Below, piece by piece: positions 50,701 to 61,342 of a DNA stretch of 64,000 bases; positions within the stretch are counted from its first letter, which is position 1; every line of letters begins with the position of its first letter. Made by a program: the position numbers and the translations under genes. The DNA is from a virus (Duplodnaviria; Caudoviricetes). The stretch is from IMG/VR virus record IMGVR_UViG_3300023115_000018, positions 11,101 to 75,100 of that record; one strand, given 5' to 3'. Under the pieces are notes generated by a model. It saw only the letters and a program-made list of their open reading frames with translations, ran no database searches and was not told the DNA's origin.

Positions 50701-53700
50701 ATGTCTAAGTCTATCCAAAAAAATGAAATCATTCACATGGACGGATACTACAGAGATCCAAAGCGTGATGATTTTATTCCGCTTATACAACAAGTAACAG
50801 AACAGTTCTTAGAAAATGGATTTGATGATGTCGGGCCACAAATCACAAAGATTTCGGTCAGAGATTCAGAATTAACAAAATATATTGATGAATTTATCGT
50901 GTGGAATTATGATTCTGGCGTAACATCGTCAACAGAAGGTGCATATGGAATTGATAATCCTATCAGTCCTACTGGCGGGCAAACATTCACCCCATTTTAT
51001 CTAGACGGCGAGAGCTCAATCGCAAGAAGAAAAGAAATCGATGACCTTTATGATGATAAAGATTGGCATGATCTATTATCAGAAACATTTCCATCATCGC
51101 AGGCGGCCGGCACAGCAGGTCTCACTGCAGATAAAATATTGGGCCCAAATGCGGAATTATTTGCATATTTAAACCCACATCCAAATAGAAGAGGTGGTGG
51201 CGTAAATAGTTCTTGGGCAACTACAGTTACTATTGATGCCGATAGTGATCCAGCTGGTGCAACTACCGTAACCACCTATAATGCAGCTCAATTGTCTGTT
51301 GGTATGGAATTGAGATCAAATAATGGTGTTGCACTTTCGGCGCCATATCCAACAGTTACTGATATTAATATCAATATTGTTACTCTTTCAGACCCGATTA
51401 TTAGTGTGAGTGGACAGAATTTGGTATTTGGTACTGGTGATCCAAGACCTGCAACTCTGTTGAATGGACATTTTTACAAAGAGTCGCCTTCTCCTGTAAA
51501 AATTGCAAAGCAAAATCAAACTGGATATATCGGACTTCCAAATATTTCTAGGGCAGTTTATCAAAACGAATACAATAAAGTTAAAAGATGTCTGACAAAT
51601 ACAGCGAGAGATGTTAAATTTTTACCAGACATTGAATCTGGAATTAATACACAGGCAAAACTTCGTCAATATAGAGAAGAGGTAACAGCACAGGGTGATA
51701 TTTTTCACCATTTTTGGATTTCTAACTATAGAGATGAATTTTTCTTTCCTGCAGGAACACTAGAACCAAGAAGATATCGTGGGGAATTGATTGTAGGATA
51801 CCTTCACACATTTAATGGTAATAATCTACAAAGAGGCGATACTTATAAGTTTACTTTTGCGGTTACAAACCTTGCACCAAATTCAACTATTGAATACGAA
51901 ATTGATGTTCCTGTTGGTTTAGATAACAGTATTGTTGGATTTACGCAAGATGTTTATGATATATTGGTAAAAACTGCATTGTGCGACCCAAAGGGTGGGC
52001 CTTTCCTTGCGTCAATTAATCAAGACGATAGAGAAGGTGTAATTGAATTTGAATCTAGAGAAGTTGGTTTCTCTCTTGCTGTAAGTGTAGAGAGAACAGA
52101 ACGCCCTCAGGCAACCCTAGTAAACTCTTTAACTCAATTTACTGTTCCTATTACCACTGCAACATCTACTATTACAGATGGAACAACCACACTTGCAGCG
52201 GAACCTGTTTTCCCGAATGGATATTACCATCAAGTACAACTAAGAGGATTTGATGGTTGTAATATTGGGGACACCACCGTAATTACAATTTCTGGATTGG
52301 TTGATGAAACGCAAGTTGCCGCAGGAGTATACGAAACCGCAAATGCAACTTTAGATGATATTGTTCTTGAATTTAAGGCGTTGGAAAATTTAAACTCCGC
52401 ACAAATGACATCCCAGATTGTAAGCAGATTGCGTCAAATCGGTTATATCAACACCTATATGACAGTTAAATCTTCTGGTTCTTCAATTATATTAGAATAT
52501 AATAAAAATTCATCTGCATATTTTGCATTTGGCGGAAAAGGTAGATCTTCTGGGTTATCTTTAGCAGACTCTACTCATTTTGCAGGAAAAACAATAGGAG
52601 AAGTCACGGTTACTGACTATCCTGTTAATGGTGTCACCGTTGCAGATGTCGCCGCTACTCCATCTGCGTTTACAGTTTCTGGTACATATACTCTTGCAAC
52701 ACTTTTTACCGCAACAGATACTGGTAGAACTTCTAGTGGTGATGCGGATGTTGATGGTGATCCAATGGAGTTTGAACTTTCACAAACACAATCTCCACAA
52801 ATATCTGATGTATCAAAAGTTAGAATGCAATTTCCACTTGCAAGAGACTTTGGTACTTTTGCAAATCCAGTAAATGGAAACTGGAAAGTTCAAATCGGCG
52901 CTGCGGGTGATGAAACTGCATATTTTGTTTCATATCAACAAAACATTTTGCATACAGATGGTGCTAGACCAGTCGGGCCACAAGTTTCCTTTGATTTAGA
53001 TCAAAGAACTAGACACCCAAATAGTACACATCCTGGCCTTGCGTTAGCTAAAACATCTTATAGAGACTTTGACACATATACTCATGAAATAGAAATTGAT
53101 AGTTTTGAGTACATCACAGATCACTCAATGGGCCCGATTGTTTTACAGACAAAAGGTGCAAATTCTTTATCTGGAAATAATGGAGACCAACCATGGAGAA
53201 TTCGTTTTGATATTTCTAGAGGATATGAAGTTAGAGAAACTTCTCCATATGTTAACGATGCAGTTCTTCAAGTAAGAGGAGATACCGATGCCTCTAATAG
53301 TTTTGAGTATTTTAAGTGTCACGTTGCAACCGAATTCCAATTGAAATCAGATGGTGATGTTTCACAAATTGAAGGAAGAGATGGTATTAAAGAAGCTAAG
53401 ATGAGAGAACCTGGCTTCTTGGGTGCAATGCGTCCTCAGTTTACTGGATATCTAGAAAGTGCATCACACTTAATTAATCCTTTTGTTAATAGAGAACAAT
53501 TAAGAAATTCTGTTATAACTGATTTTAATCCAATTGCTGGTTTAGTTGGTAGAAAACATTATGATATTACAGGTGCTTTAATCGGATCTTTATATCAACC
53601 CTTTGCAGACCCTGCTGGATATACTATCACAAAAAATAACGGAAATGTTGTAGTAGAAGGAATATTAAATGACAATGAATATAGATATGAAGAAAGGTTC

Positions 53701-54594
53701 TTGGTGGGTTCCTCTACAGAACTGACATATGATACTCCATATAATTCTGGTTCTCTGAGACTTCAAAAAGGATGGTTTAGAAGAACTGGAAAATCGCATC
53801 CAGATGTTGCTGTATCGTATCCAATGTCATTTACTGCGACATTTGCAGACCATGGTATTGCAATGATGGTTAGAGACCAAGCATCTGCAGATCAATCAGA
53901 CGATCACGCATGGTTTGTTGTTCAAAGACACGTTGATTCTATTACTGGTGAGGCTGACTATTCATCAGAACATCAACCGATCCATTGTGTTTATGCAACT
54001 TCCGAACCACCAACATTGTTCTCTGATTTAGTTCCTTACTTTACTTCTAAAACAACACAGAGAGAAGAGTCTATTGCATATACTGGTATATATGATGTTG
54101 CTGGAAATTACTTGTATAATTTCACAATTGATGAAATGCAAAACCAAGAGTTGCTTGCACTGGATATGGACACCCAAGCAAGATTTAGACGCTTTGTTGT
54201 TCGTGAAAAGGATGTTTTGAAACCATGGGATAGACATGTTTTTGCTGGTATTAATGAAACAGATTCTCATGCCGTCCTTAATCCATTAGAACAATTGTCT
54301 CTTAATGATAAAGGACAGTTAGTCATTCAATTCCCTAACAGACTTGGGTCACAACGTTTCTTATACACAGGAAAAGAACTCGACTTGATTTCTTTCTGTG
54401 CTGCTGGTGCGGTGGGACAAGACACTCTTATCACCAGTGATAGATTTAGTACCACTGGAACAACAGATAAGAGGAGACTGTATAGAGGATTAATGTCATC
54501 CGAAGCTTATGGTAATGGTATGAGATTATTAATGCTAGTTGCTGGAAATGGTATCGAAAATACCGATGCAGATACAACTCTACTTACCTCTTAA
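50701..54594 (+). CDS. Virion structural protein, paralog family member 4 (1297 aa)
   Basis: Same core motifs (SIQKNE, QPWRIRF, GRDGIK...REPG, YPMSF, DQSDDHAWFVVQRHV, RFVVREKDVLKPWD, GNGMR) with one ~770-aa insert. Confidence 0.75.
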   Translation: MSKSIQKNEIIHMDGYYRDPKRDDFIPLIQQVTEQFLENGFDDVGPQITKISVRDSELTKYIDEFIVWNYDSGVTSSTEGAYGIDNPISPTGGQTFTPFYLDGESSIARRKEIDDLYDDKDWHDLLSETFPSSQAAGTAGLTADKILGPNAELFAYLNPHPNRRGGGVNSSWATTVTIDADSDPAGATTVTTYNAAQLSVGMELRSNNGVALSAPYPTVTDININIVTLSDPIISVSGQNLVFGTGDPRPATLLNGHFYKESPSPVKIAKQNQTGYIGLPNISRAVYQNEYNKVKRCLTNTARDVKFLPDIESGINTQAKLRQYREEVTAQGDIFHHFWISNYRDEFFFPAGTLEPRRYRGELIVGYLHTFNGNNLQRGDTYKFTFAVTNLAPNSTIEYEIDVPVGLDNSIVGFTQDVYDILVKTALCDPKGGPFLASINQDDREGVIEFESREVGFSLAVSVERTERPQATLVNSLTQFTVPITTATSTITDGTTTLAAEPVFPNGYYHQVQLRGFDGCNIGDTTVITISGLVDETQVAAGVYETANATLDDIVLEFKALENLNSAQMTSQIVSRLRQIGYINTYMTVKSSGSSIILEYNKNSSAYFAFGGKGRSSGLSLADSTHFAGKTIGEVTVTDYPVNGVTVADVAATPSAFTVSGTYTLATLFTATDTGRTSSGDADVDGDPMEFELSQTQSPQISDVSKVRMQFPLARDFGTFANPVNGNWKVQIGAAGDETAYFVSYQQNILHTDGARPVGPQVSFDLDQRTRHPNSTHPGLALAKTSYRDFDTYTHEIEIDSFEYITDHSMGPIVLQTKGANSLSGNNGDQPWRIRFDISRGYEVRETSPYVNDAVLQVRGDTDASNSFEYFKCHVATEFQLKSDGDVSQIEGRDGIKEAKMREPGFLGAMRPQFTGYLESASHLINPFVNREQLRNSVITDFNPIAGLVGRKHYDITGALIGSLYQPFADPAGYTITKNNGNVVVEGILNDNEYRYEERFLVGSSTELTYDTPYNSGSLRLQKGWFRRTGKSHPDVAVSYPMSFTATFADHGIAMMVRDQASADQSDDHAWFVVQRHVDSITGEADYSSEHQPIHCVYATSEPPTLFSDLVPYFTSKTTQREESIAYTGIYDVAGNYLYNFTIDEMQNQELLALDMDTQARFRRFVVREKDVLKPWDRHVFAGINETDSHAVLNPLEQLSLNDKGQLVIQFPNRLGSQRFLYTGKELDLISFCAAGAVGQDTLITSDRFSTTGTTDKRRLYRGLMSSEAYGNGMRLLMLVAGNGIENTDADTTLLTS

Positions 54595-54605
54595 TTGAAA
54601 GTTTA

Positions 54606-54642
54606 AGGTTTCGGTCATACTGAGTATGGCCGAACCTAAATA
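54606..54642 (+). other. Intergenic stem-loop without a U tract, followed by a CTAAATA late-promoter-like motif
   Basis: TTCGGTCATAC-TGA-GTATGGCCGAA stem (one G-U pair), extendable by AGG/CCT across a bulge; CCTAAATA at 54635-54642. Confidence 0.55.
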
Positions 54643-54661
54643 GTAAGAAAAGAGGAATTTA

Positions 54662-57600
54662 ATGACTAACGCTATCCCAATAAGAGTAGTCGTAGATGGT
54701 TCTGGTGATACAACAGGTTTAAGTGAATTTCGAACAAATGAAACGGTAGGTCTGGATCACGGTGGAACTGGTGCAACTAACGCTGCAGACGCTAGAACCA
54801 ACCTTGGTCTTTCAGCAATTGCAGCATCTGGTAGTTGGACAGATCTATTAAACAAACCAAATACTGACGATATTCCAGAGGGCACAACCAATCTATATTT
54901 CACTGATGAAAGAGTAGATGATAGGGTTGCAGCTCTTATTGTCGATGGCGTTGGCATCCAGAAAAATTATGATGATGCCGGAAATCTTCTAAACATCGAA
55001 ATAAACTTCAGTGAATTTGATACTGATGATATCATTGAAGGTTCAGTTAACACATTCCTTGCAAATAGATCAACTTCTGATATTCCAGAAGGAACAAATC
55101 TTTATTTTACAGACGAAAGAGTAGACGATAGAGTTGCAAATCTTTTTGTTGATGGAAAAGGAATTCAAAAGTCATATGATGATGCCGGAAATCTTCTAAA
55201 CATTGCGATTGACTTTTCAGAATTCGATACTGATGATATTGTCGAAGGTACTGTTAATACTTTCCTATCAAATAGAACAACAGACGATATAAACGAAGGA
55301 ACTGTAAATCTTTACTATACAGATGAAAGAGTAGATGATCGAGTTGCAAATCTTTTTGTTGATGGTAAAGGATTAACTAAAAATTATGATGATGCTGGTA
55401 ATCTTTTAAATGTAGAAATTGATTTTAGTGAATTCGACTCTGATGATATTGTCGAAGGCGCAGTCAATACATTCCTTGCAAATAGAACAACTGATAATAT
55501 TCCAGAAGGTTCAACAAATCTTTATTTTACAGAAACTAGATCAAGAAATTCCATTAGTGCAACTGGAAGTATTAATTACGATCCAGCTACAGGTGTAATA
55601 AGTTATACCCAAGGCGATACTGATACAATCGTAGAAGGTGCCACAAATCTCTACTATACAGATGAGAGAGTCGATGACAGAGTTGCAAATTTAATTTTAG
55701 ATGGGCAGGGAATTACAAAAAGTTATGATGATGCTGGGAATCTTCTAAACATTGCGATAGATTTTACTGAATTTGATTCTGATGATATCATTGAAGGTGC
55801 TGTAAATACTTTCTTGGCCTCTAGAACCACTGACAATATTCCAGAGGGTTCAACAAATCTTTATTACACAGAAGCAAGATTTGATGCAAGACTGGCAACA
55901 AAATCTACAACTGATCTTGCGGAAGGTACAAACTTATATTTCACAGAAGAAAGAGTAGATGATAGAGTTGCCGCATTAATTCAAGCAGGAGAAGATATTT
56001 CTGTTGTATATGATGATGTTGCAAATACTCTAACGATTGCACTAGCATCTAGTATCGATGGAATTAATCTATCAAACAACACCACAGATGATCTTTCTGA
56101 AGGTTCTACAAATCTTTACTATACAGATTCAAGAGTAAATATTGCATTTGATACTAGACTTGCAACAAAATCCACTACAGACCTTTCTGAAGGAACAAAC
56201 CTTTACTACACGGATGCTAGAGTCGATTCAAACTTTGCAGCGAAAACAACAACCGATTTAGCCGAAGGTACAAATCTTTACTATACGGATACTAGAGTTG
56301 CAACATATCTTAATAATAATGGTTACACTACCACATCTGCTGTTGCAGCACAGATCGCATCCGTTTCATCCGATTTAGATGATGAGATTTACGATAGAGA
56401 ACAGGCGGATTTAAATCTACAAAGTCAGATCGACAATTTAGTACTTAATGACTTGACAGATGTGAATGCAAGTTCTCCCACTTCTGGTGATGCACTTGTA
56501 TGGAATGGAACATCTTGGGTTCCACAAGCTCCGTTTAGTCAGACAGATTTTGACTCTGCATTTGCAGCGAAAACAACAACAGATTTAACTGAAGGTACAA
56601 ATCTTTACTATACAGACGCAAGGGTTCGTTCTCATGTCGAAGGACAAGATTTAGACCTTGGTTCAAATAAAATTTTATTTTCTAATGTCTATGCAAATAT
56701 CGGCGACTTACCTTCTGCTTCTTCTTATCATGGTATGTTTGCTCATGTCCATGGTACTGGAAAGGCATATTATGCTCATGCTGGAAACTGGATAGAACTT
56801 GCAAATAATACTGATCTTCCAACAAGTACAGATGACCTTCCAGAAGGTTCTACAAATCTGTATTATACAGATACTAGAGTAAGAAGTGCAATCAGTGCAA
56901 CAACAGGTGTCGCTGGATATGTATCTTCTACTGGTGTTTTCTCAATACCATCGTCAACAGATCATATATCTGAAGGTACAAATTTATACTATACAGATGC
57001 AAGATTTGATGCAAGACTTGCTACAAAATCTACAACCGATTTAACCGAAGGTACAAATCTTTACTATACTGATGCTAGAGTTGATGCAAATATTGCATCA
57101 AAAACAACTGATGATATTACAGAAGGCACTACCAATTTATATTATACTGATGCAAGAGTTGCGACTTATATAAGTGGTAATAGAACATATGGAAATATCA
57201 CAACCACTGGTTATATTGCAGGCCCATCCACATTAACTATTGACCCTGCAGGGGTAGGAGACAATACAGGAAAGGTTGTAATTGCTGGTGACCTACAGGT
57301 CGATGGCACTACAACAACCATCAACTCTACTACGGTAGAAGTTGACGATTTAAATATTGTATTGGGAAGTGGGGCAACAAATGCAGCTGCTGCCAATGGT
57401 GGTGGGATTACGATTGATTTGGGTGCAGATGGTTCTGCGACCTTTACTTATAACTCTACTACTGATGAATTTTTATCAAACAAAGATATTAATGCAAATA
57501 TAACTGGACAAGTTTCAGATATCAGTAATCACACTACTACCGACCTTGCGGAAGGAACTAATCTTTATTATACTCAATCAAGATTCGATACTGCGTTTGG

Positions 57601-60600
57601 TGCTAAGTCAACGACTGATTTAACTGAGGGTACAAATCTCTATTATACAGATGCAAGAGTAGATGCGAATATTGCAGCAAAAACAACCGACAATATTGCA
57701 GAAGGGATAACAAATCTATATTATACTCAAGCACGATTTGATACCGCATTTGCCGCAAAAGATACAGATGGACTTACTGAAGGTTCTACAAATCTTTACT
57801 ATACAGATGCAAGAGTAAATACTTGGGCGACTGCAAATCTTGCAAATGTTGCCTTCTCTGGTTCATATGCGGATTTATCAAATACACCTACAGACCTATC
57901 AGATTTTACTGATGCAACTGGACTCTTAGATGTCGCAGCGATTACTGTTGGTGATGTTGCACCATCAAATCCAAATGATGGCGATTTGTGGTTTGATTCC
58001 ACAGAATTAAAAACATTCATTTATTATAATGATGGAACATCATCACAGTGGGTTGAGGCAGCAGGAGATGGTGGGGCATCTGTACAATCTTCTAGTACTG
58101 CTCCTAGCAGTCCCTCAGACGGCGACCTTTGGTTTAATGACAACAACCTTAAACTGTACATATATTATAATGATGGTTCTTCAGCGCAGTGGGTCGAGGC
58201 ATCAGGGGGTATTGCACAGGATACTGACGCAATTCCAGAAGGTAATAACAATCTTTACTACACTGATACAAGATTTGATACAAGATTCGCAACAAAAGAC
58301 ACGGACGATTTAGTAGAGGGTTCTACAAACCTTTATTATACGGATGCAAGAGTTGATGCAAGAATTGCGTCATCTTCATTAGGTTCTACGGACGACTTAC
58401 CAGAGGGTTCTACAAATCTTTACTATACAGATGCAAGAGTTCAATCGGTTAGTATAAATGAAGTTGTAGAAGATACAACTCCCACATTAGGCGGCAACTT
58501 AAACGCTAATACATTTAATATTACTAATATTAGTGCAGATGGTTATAGTCTGCCAGTTGCAGATGGTACAAATCGCCAAGTTATTATGACAGATGGTAGC
58601 GGTACGTTATCGTTTGAAAATTTAGACACAATTCATACTGAAGTAACAAACCAAACTGGGTCAACTATTCTTAAAGGCACACCTGTTTATCAAACAGGAA
58701 CAAGTGGCAATGCAATGACAATTGCACCAGCTGATGCAAGTAGTTCAGCTACAATGCCAGCGGTTGGTGTTTTAGAACAAGATTTAGTATCAGGTGCTAC
58801 TGGATTTGTTATCCATATGGGTAAAATTTCTGGAGTTGATACAAGTGCGTTCAACGAAGGAGACATAATTTATGTTGCAGTCGGTGGTGGTTACACAAAT
58901 ACTCCTCCAGTTGGTGAAAGTAATCTATTACAAAACTTGGGCCGTATCACAAAAGTTCATGCATCCAACGGCGGCGGCGTTATTATGGGTGCAGGACGTA
59001 TAAACGCTGTACCCAATCTAAATGACGGTAACATCTTTATTGGTGATTCAAACAATCAAGCAACTACTGCATCATTAAATACCTCTGTACAAAATTATCT
59101 ATCAAATGTTTCTGGTAGTATCATTCCAGATACAGATGTAACTTATGACTTGGGTAGTTCAACTCATAAATTTAGAGATTTGTATCTAAGTGGAAATAGT
59201 ATTATTCTTGGTGGAATTACTCTCACAGAATCTTCTGGTTCTCTTTTAGTAACACCAACTGCTGGTGGAGCAAACAACACTTTCGCAACGGAAAGTTATG
59301 TAGATACTGCAATTTCAAATCTAGTAGATACAGCACCAACAACATTAGATACTCTCAATGAACTTGCCGCAGCACTTGGTGACGATCCAAATTTTGCAAC
59401 TACAATTACCAATTTGATTGGAACTAAACTTGCAACTGCTGATTTTAATACAACTGCCGATTCTTGGTTGACAACAAAATCTACTACTAATCTTTCAGAA
59501 GGCACCAATCTTTATTATACAGACGCTAGATTTGATACTAGATTGTCCACAAAAACCACAGATAATCTTACCGAAGGTTCTACAAATCTTTATTACACAG
59601 ATGCAAGAGCAGATGCAAGAGTCGCATATGCAGCATCTGGAGCATTATCAGTAACATATACCCCTACAATAAAATATGCAAGACTAGTATTTGCAACTAC
59701 GCAAAGTATAGGTGGTAACACGAATACTATACTTAATTTTAATACTAGATCGGTGGACAATAGCACTTCTAATTTACTTACTAATACTTTGGGAGATGGA
59801 AAATTCATTATACCAGCGGGAGTAACTAAGGTTAGACTCAGAGCTTCTGCTAATGGATCTAATGTAACAGATCAATTTTTAATTAAAATAACGAAAAATG
59901 GCAATAATTCTGTATCTACCAATATTGATATAGACTCTACAGGACAAGAGTTTACAGCAGCATTTACAGGCATTGAGACAGTTGTTCAAGGGGATTACTT
60001 TCAGGTATCGGCGTTTTCTCAAAATGCCAGAGATGTTTTAGCTGGCAACTTTACTTGGTTTGAATTAGAAGTTATTGAAGGTTCGATTTTAAATACCACA
60101 GTTGCATCTACGATAGAATTAGATCATCTCTCAGATGTAGATACAACCACAGTTGCGCCAACAGATGGACAAGCACTTGTTTGGGATAATACAAATAGTG
60201 AATGGAAACCTGGCGATGTAGATGTTACTTCTTCTGACCTTGATATGGGTGGAAATAAAGTTCTCTTTGCAAATATGTATGCAACGGAAGGGGATCTTCC
60301 AAACGCCACAACATATCATGGAATGTTTGCACATGTTCACGCAACTGGCGCGGGCTATTTTGCTCACTCTGGTTCTTGGGTTAAACTTGCAAATGATAGT
60401 CAAATTGTTGCTCAAGATTTTTCTTGGAGTTCAATAACTGGAACCCCAACAACATTAGCAGGATATGGAATTACAGATGGCTATGTAGACGCAGATGTAG
60501 ATACTCACCTCAATACATCAACCGCAACATCTAATCAAGTACTTTCTTGGGATGGCACTGATTATGCGTGGGTAGCACAATCCGGCGGCGGAGGTGGTGG

Positions 60601-61339
60601 AGCTTCAGTTTCAGTTTCAGATACGGCACCAACTTCTCCATCTGAAGGCGACTTATGGTTTAATTCATCAAACACAAAAATGTATGTGTATTTTAATGAT
60701 GGGACATCTTCTCAGTGGATTCAATCCAATCCTTCTGGAGCAACATCTCCAATCACCGCATCTGATACTGCGCCAACCAATCCAGTTGAAAACAGTATGT
60801 GGTTTGATTCTACAGACGGAACACTATATTTTAGATATAATGACGGAACATCTGAGCAATGGGTAAATCTTATTGGAGCTACATCAAATGGCGGTGGTGG
60901 AGGCGGCGGATCTTCAGTAACTGTATCTGATACTGCACCAACCACACCAACAGAAGGTGATATGTGGTTTGATAGTAGATATGCGGTTTTACTCGTCTAT
61001 TATGGAACACAATGGGTAAATGTATCAGGCGAATCTGGTTCATCTACAACACCATCTTGGCAGGAAACAACAAACCACACAGCAAGTGTTGGAGATAAAC
61101 TCTTTGTTGATTGTAGTGGTGGTGCCGTGACTGTGACTCTTCCAGTGTCACCATCTATGGGAGATGAAATTAGAATAATTGATGCTACAGGAAATGCGTC
61201 TACAAATAATATTACTATTGCAAGAAATGGAAGTAATATTCAAGGGGTTGCAGACAACTTAATTATAGATACGGATAGGGCTGCCTTTGGGTTGGTTTAT
61301 TACAACTCAACTCAAGGTTGGTTGTTAACGGAGAGATAA
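54662..61339 (+). CDS. Long tail fibre-like protein (2225 aa) with about 24 TDDLxEGxTNLYYTDxR repeats
   Basis: About 24 NLY(Y/F)T repeats counted in the translation, five G(D/S)xWF knob repeats, two YHGMFAHVH modules, a 'TLDTLNELAAALGDDPNFATT' fibre motif, a C1q/TNF-like insert and a C-terminal 'VTLP..PS.GDEIRIIDATG' module. Confidence 0.85.
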   Translation: MTNAIPIRVVVDGSGDTTGLSEFRTNETVGLDHGGTGATNAADARTNLGLSAIAASGSWTDLLNKPNTDDIPEGTTNLYFTDERVDDRVAALIVDGVGIQKNYDDAGNLLNIEINFSEFDTDDIIEGSVNTFLANRSTSDIPEGTNLYFTDERVDDRVANLFVDGKGIQKSYDDAGNLLNIAIDFSEFDTDDIVEGTVNTFLSNRTTDDINEGTVNLYYTDERVDDRVANLFVDGKGLTKNYDDAGNLLNVEIDFSEFDSDDIVEGAVNTFLANRTTDNIPEGSTNLYFTETRSRNSISATGSINYDPATGVISYTQGDTDTIVEGATNLYYTDERVDDRVANLILDGQGITKSYDDAGNLLNIAIDFTEFDSDDIIEGAVNTFLASRTTDNIPEGSTNLYYTEARFDARLATKSTTDLAEGTNLYFTEERVDDRVAALIQAGEDISVVYDDVANTLTIALASSIDGINLSNNTTDDLSEGSTNLYYTDSRVNIAFDTRLATKSTTDLSEGTNLYYTDARVDSNFAAKTTTDLAEGTNLYYTDTRVATYLNNNGYTTTSAVAAQIASVSSDLDDEIYDREQADLNLQSQIDNLVLNDLTDVNASSPTSGDALVWNGTSWVPQAPFSQTDFDSAFAAKTTTDLTEGTNLYYTDARVRSHVEGQDLDLGSNKILFSNVYANIGDLPSASSYHGMFAHVHGTGKAYYAHAGNWIELANNTDLPTSTDDLPEGSTNLYYTDTRVRSAISATTGVAGYVSSTGVFSIPSSTDHISEGTNLYYTDARFDARLATKSTTDLTEGTNLYYTDARVDANIASKTTDDITEGTTNLYYTDARVATYISGNRTYGNITTTGYIAGPSTLTIDPAGVGDNTGKVVIAGDLQVDGTTTTINSTTVEVDDLNIVLGSGATNAAAANGGGITIDLGADGSATFTYNSTTDEFLSNKDINANITGQVSDISNHTTTDLAEGTNLYYTQSRFDTAFGAKSTTDLTEGTNLYYTDARVDANIAAKTTDNIAEGITNLYYTQARFDTAFAAKDTDGLTEGSTNLYYTDARVNTWATANLANVAFSGSYADLSNTPTDLSDFTDATGLLDVAAITVGDVAPSNPNDGDLWFDSTELKTFIYYNDGTSSQWVEAAGDGGASVQSSSTAPSSPSDGDLWFNDNNLKLYIYYNDGSSAQWVEASGGIAQDTDAIPEGNNNLYYTDTRFDTRFATKDTDDLVEGSTNLYYTDARVDARIASSSLGSTDDLPEGSTNLYYTDARVQSVSINEVVEDTTPTLGGNLNANTFNITNISADGYSLPVADGTNRQVIMTDGSGTLSFENLDTIHTEVTNQTGSTILKGTPVYQTGTSGNAMTIAPADASSSATMPAVGVLEQDLVSGATGFVIHMGKISGVDTSAFNEGDIIYVAVGGGYTNTPPVGESNLLQNLGRITKVHASNGGGVIMGAGRINAVPNLNDGNIFIGDSNNQATTASLNTSVQNYLSNVSGSIIPDTDVTYDLGSSTHKFRDLYLSGNSIILGGITLTESSGSLLVTPTAGGANNTFATESYVDTAISNLVDTAPTTLDTLNELAAALGDDPNFATTITNLIGTKLATADFNTTADSWLTTKSTTNLSEGTNLYYTDARFDTRLSTKTTDNLTEGSTNLYYTDARADARVAYAASGALSVTYTPTIKYARLVFATTQSIGGNTNTILNFNTRSVDNSTSNLLTNTLGDGKFIIPAGVTKVRLRASANGSNVTDQFLIKITKNGNNSVSTNIDIDSTGQEFTAAFTGIETVVQGDYFQVSAFSQNARDVLAGNFTWFELEVIEGSILNTTVASTIELDHLSDVDTTTVAPTDGQALVWDNTNSEWKPGDVDVTSSDLDMGGNKVLFANMYATEGDLPNATTYHGMFAHVHATGAGYFAHSGSWVKLANDSQIVAQDFSWSSITGTPTTLAGYGITDGYVDADVDTHLNTSTATSNQVLSWDGTDYAWVAQSGGGGGGASVSVSDTAPTSPSEGDLWFNSSNTKMYVYFNDGTSSQWIQSNPSGATSPITASDTAPTNPVENSMWFDSTDGTLYFRYNDGTSEQWVNLIGATSNGGGGGGGSSVTVSDTAPTTPTEGDMWFDSRYAVLLVYYGTQWVNVSGESGSSTTPSWQETTNHTASVGDKLFVDCSGGAVTVTLPVSPSMGDEIRIIDATGNASTNNITIARNGSNIQGVADNLIIDTDRAAFGLVYYNSTQGWLLTER

Positions 61340-61342
61340 TAA

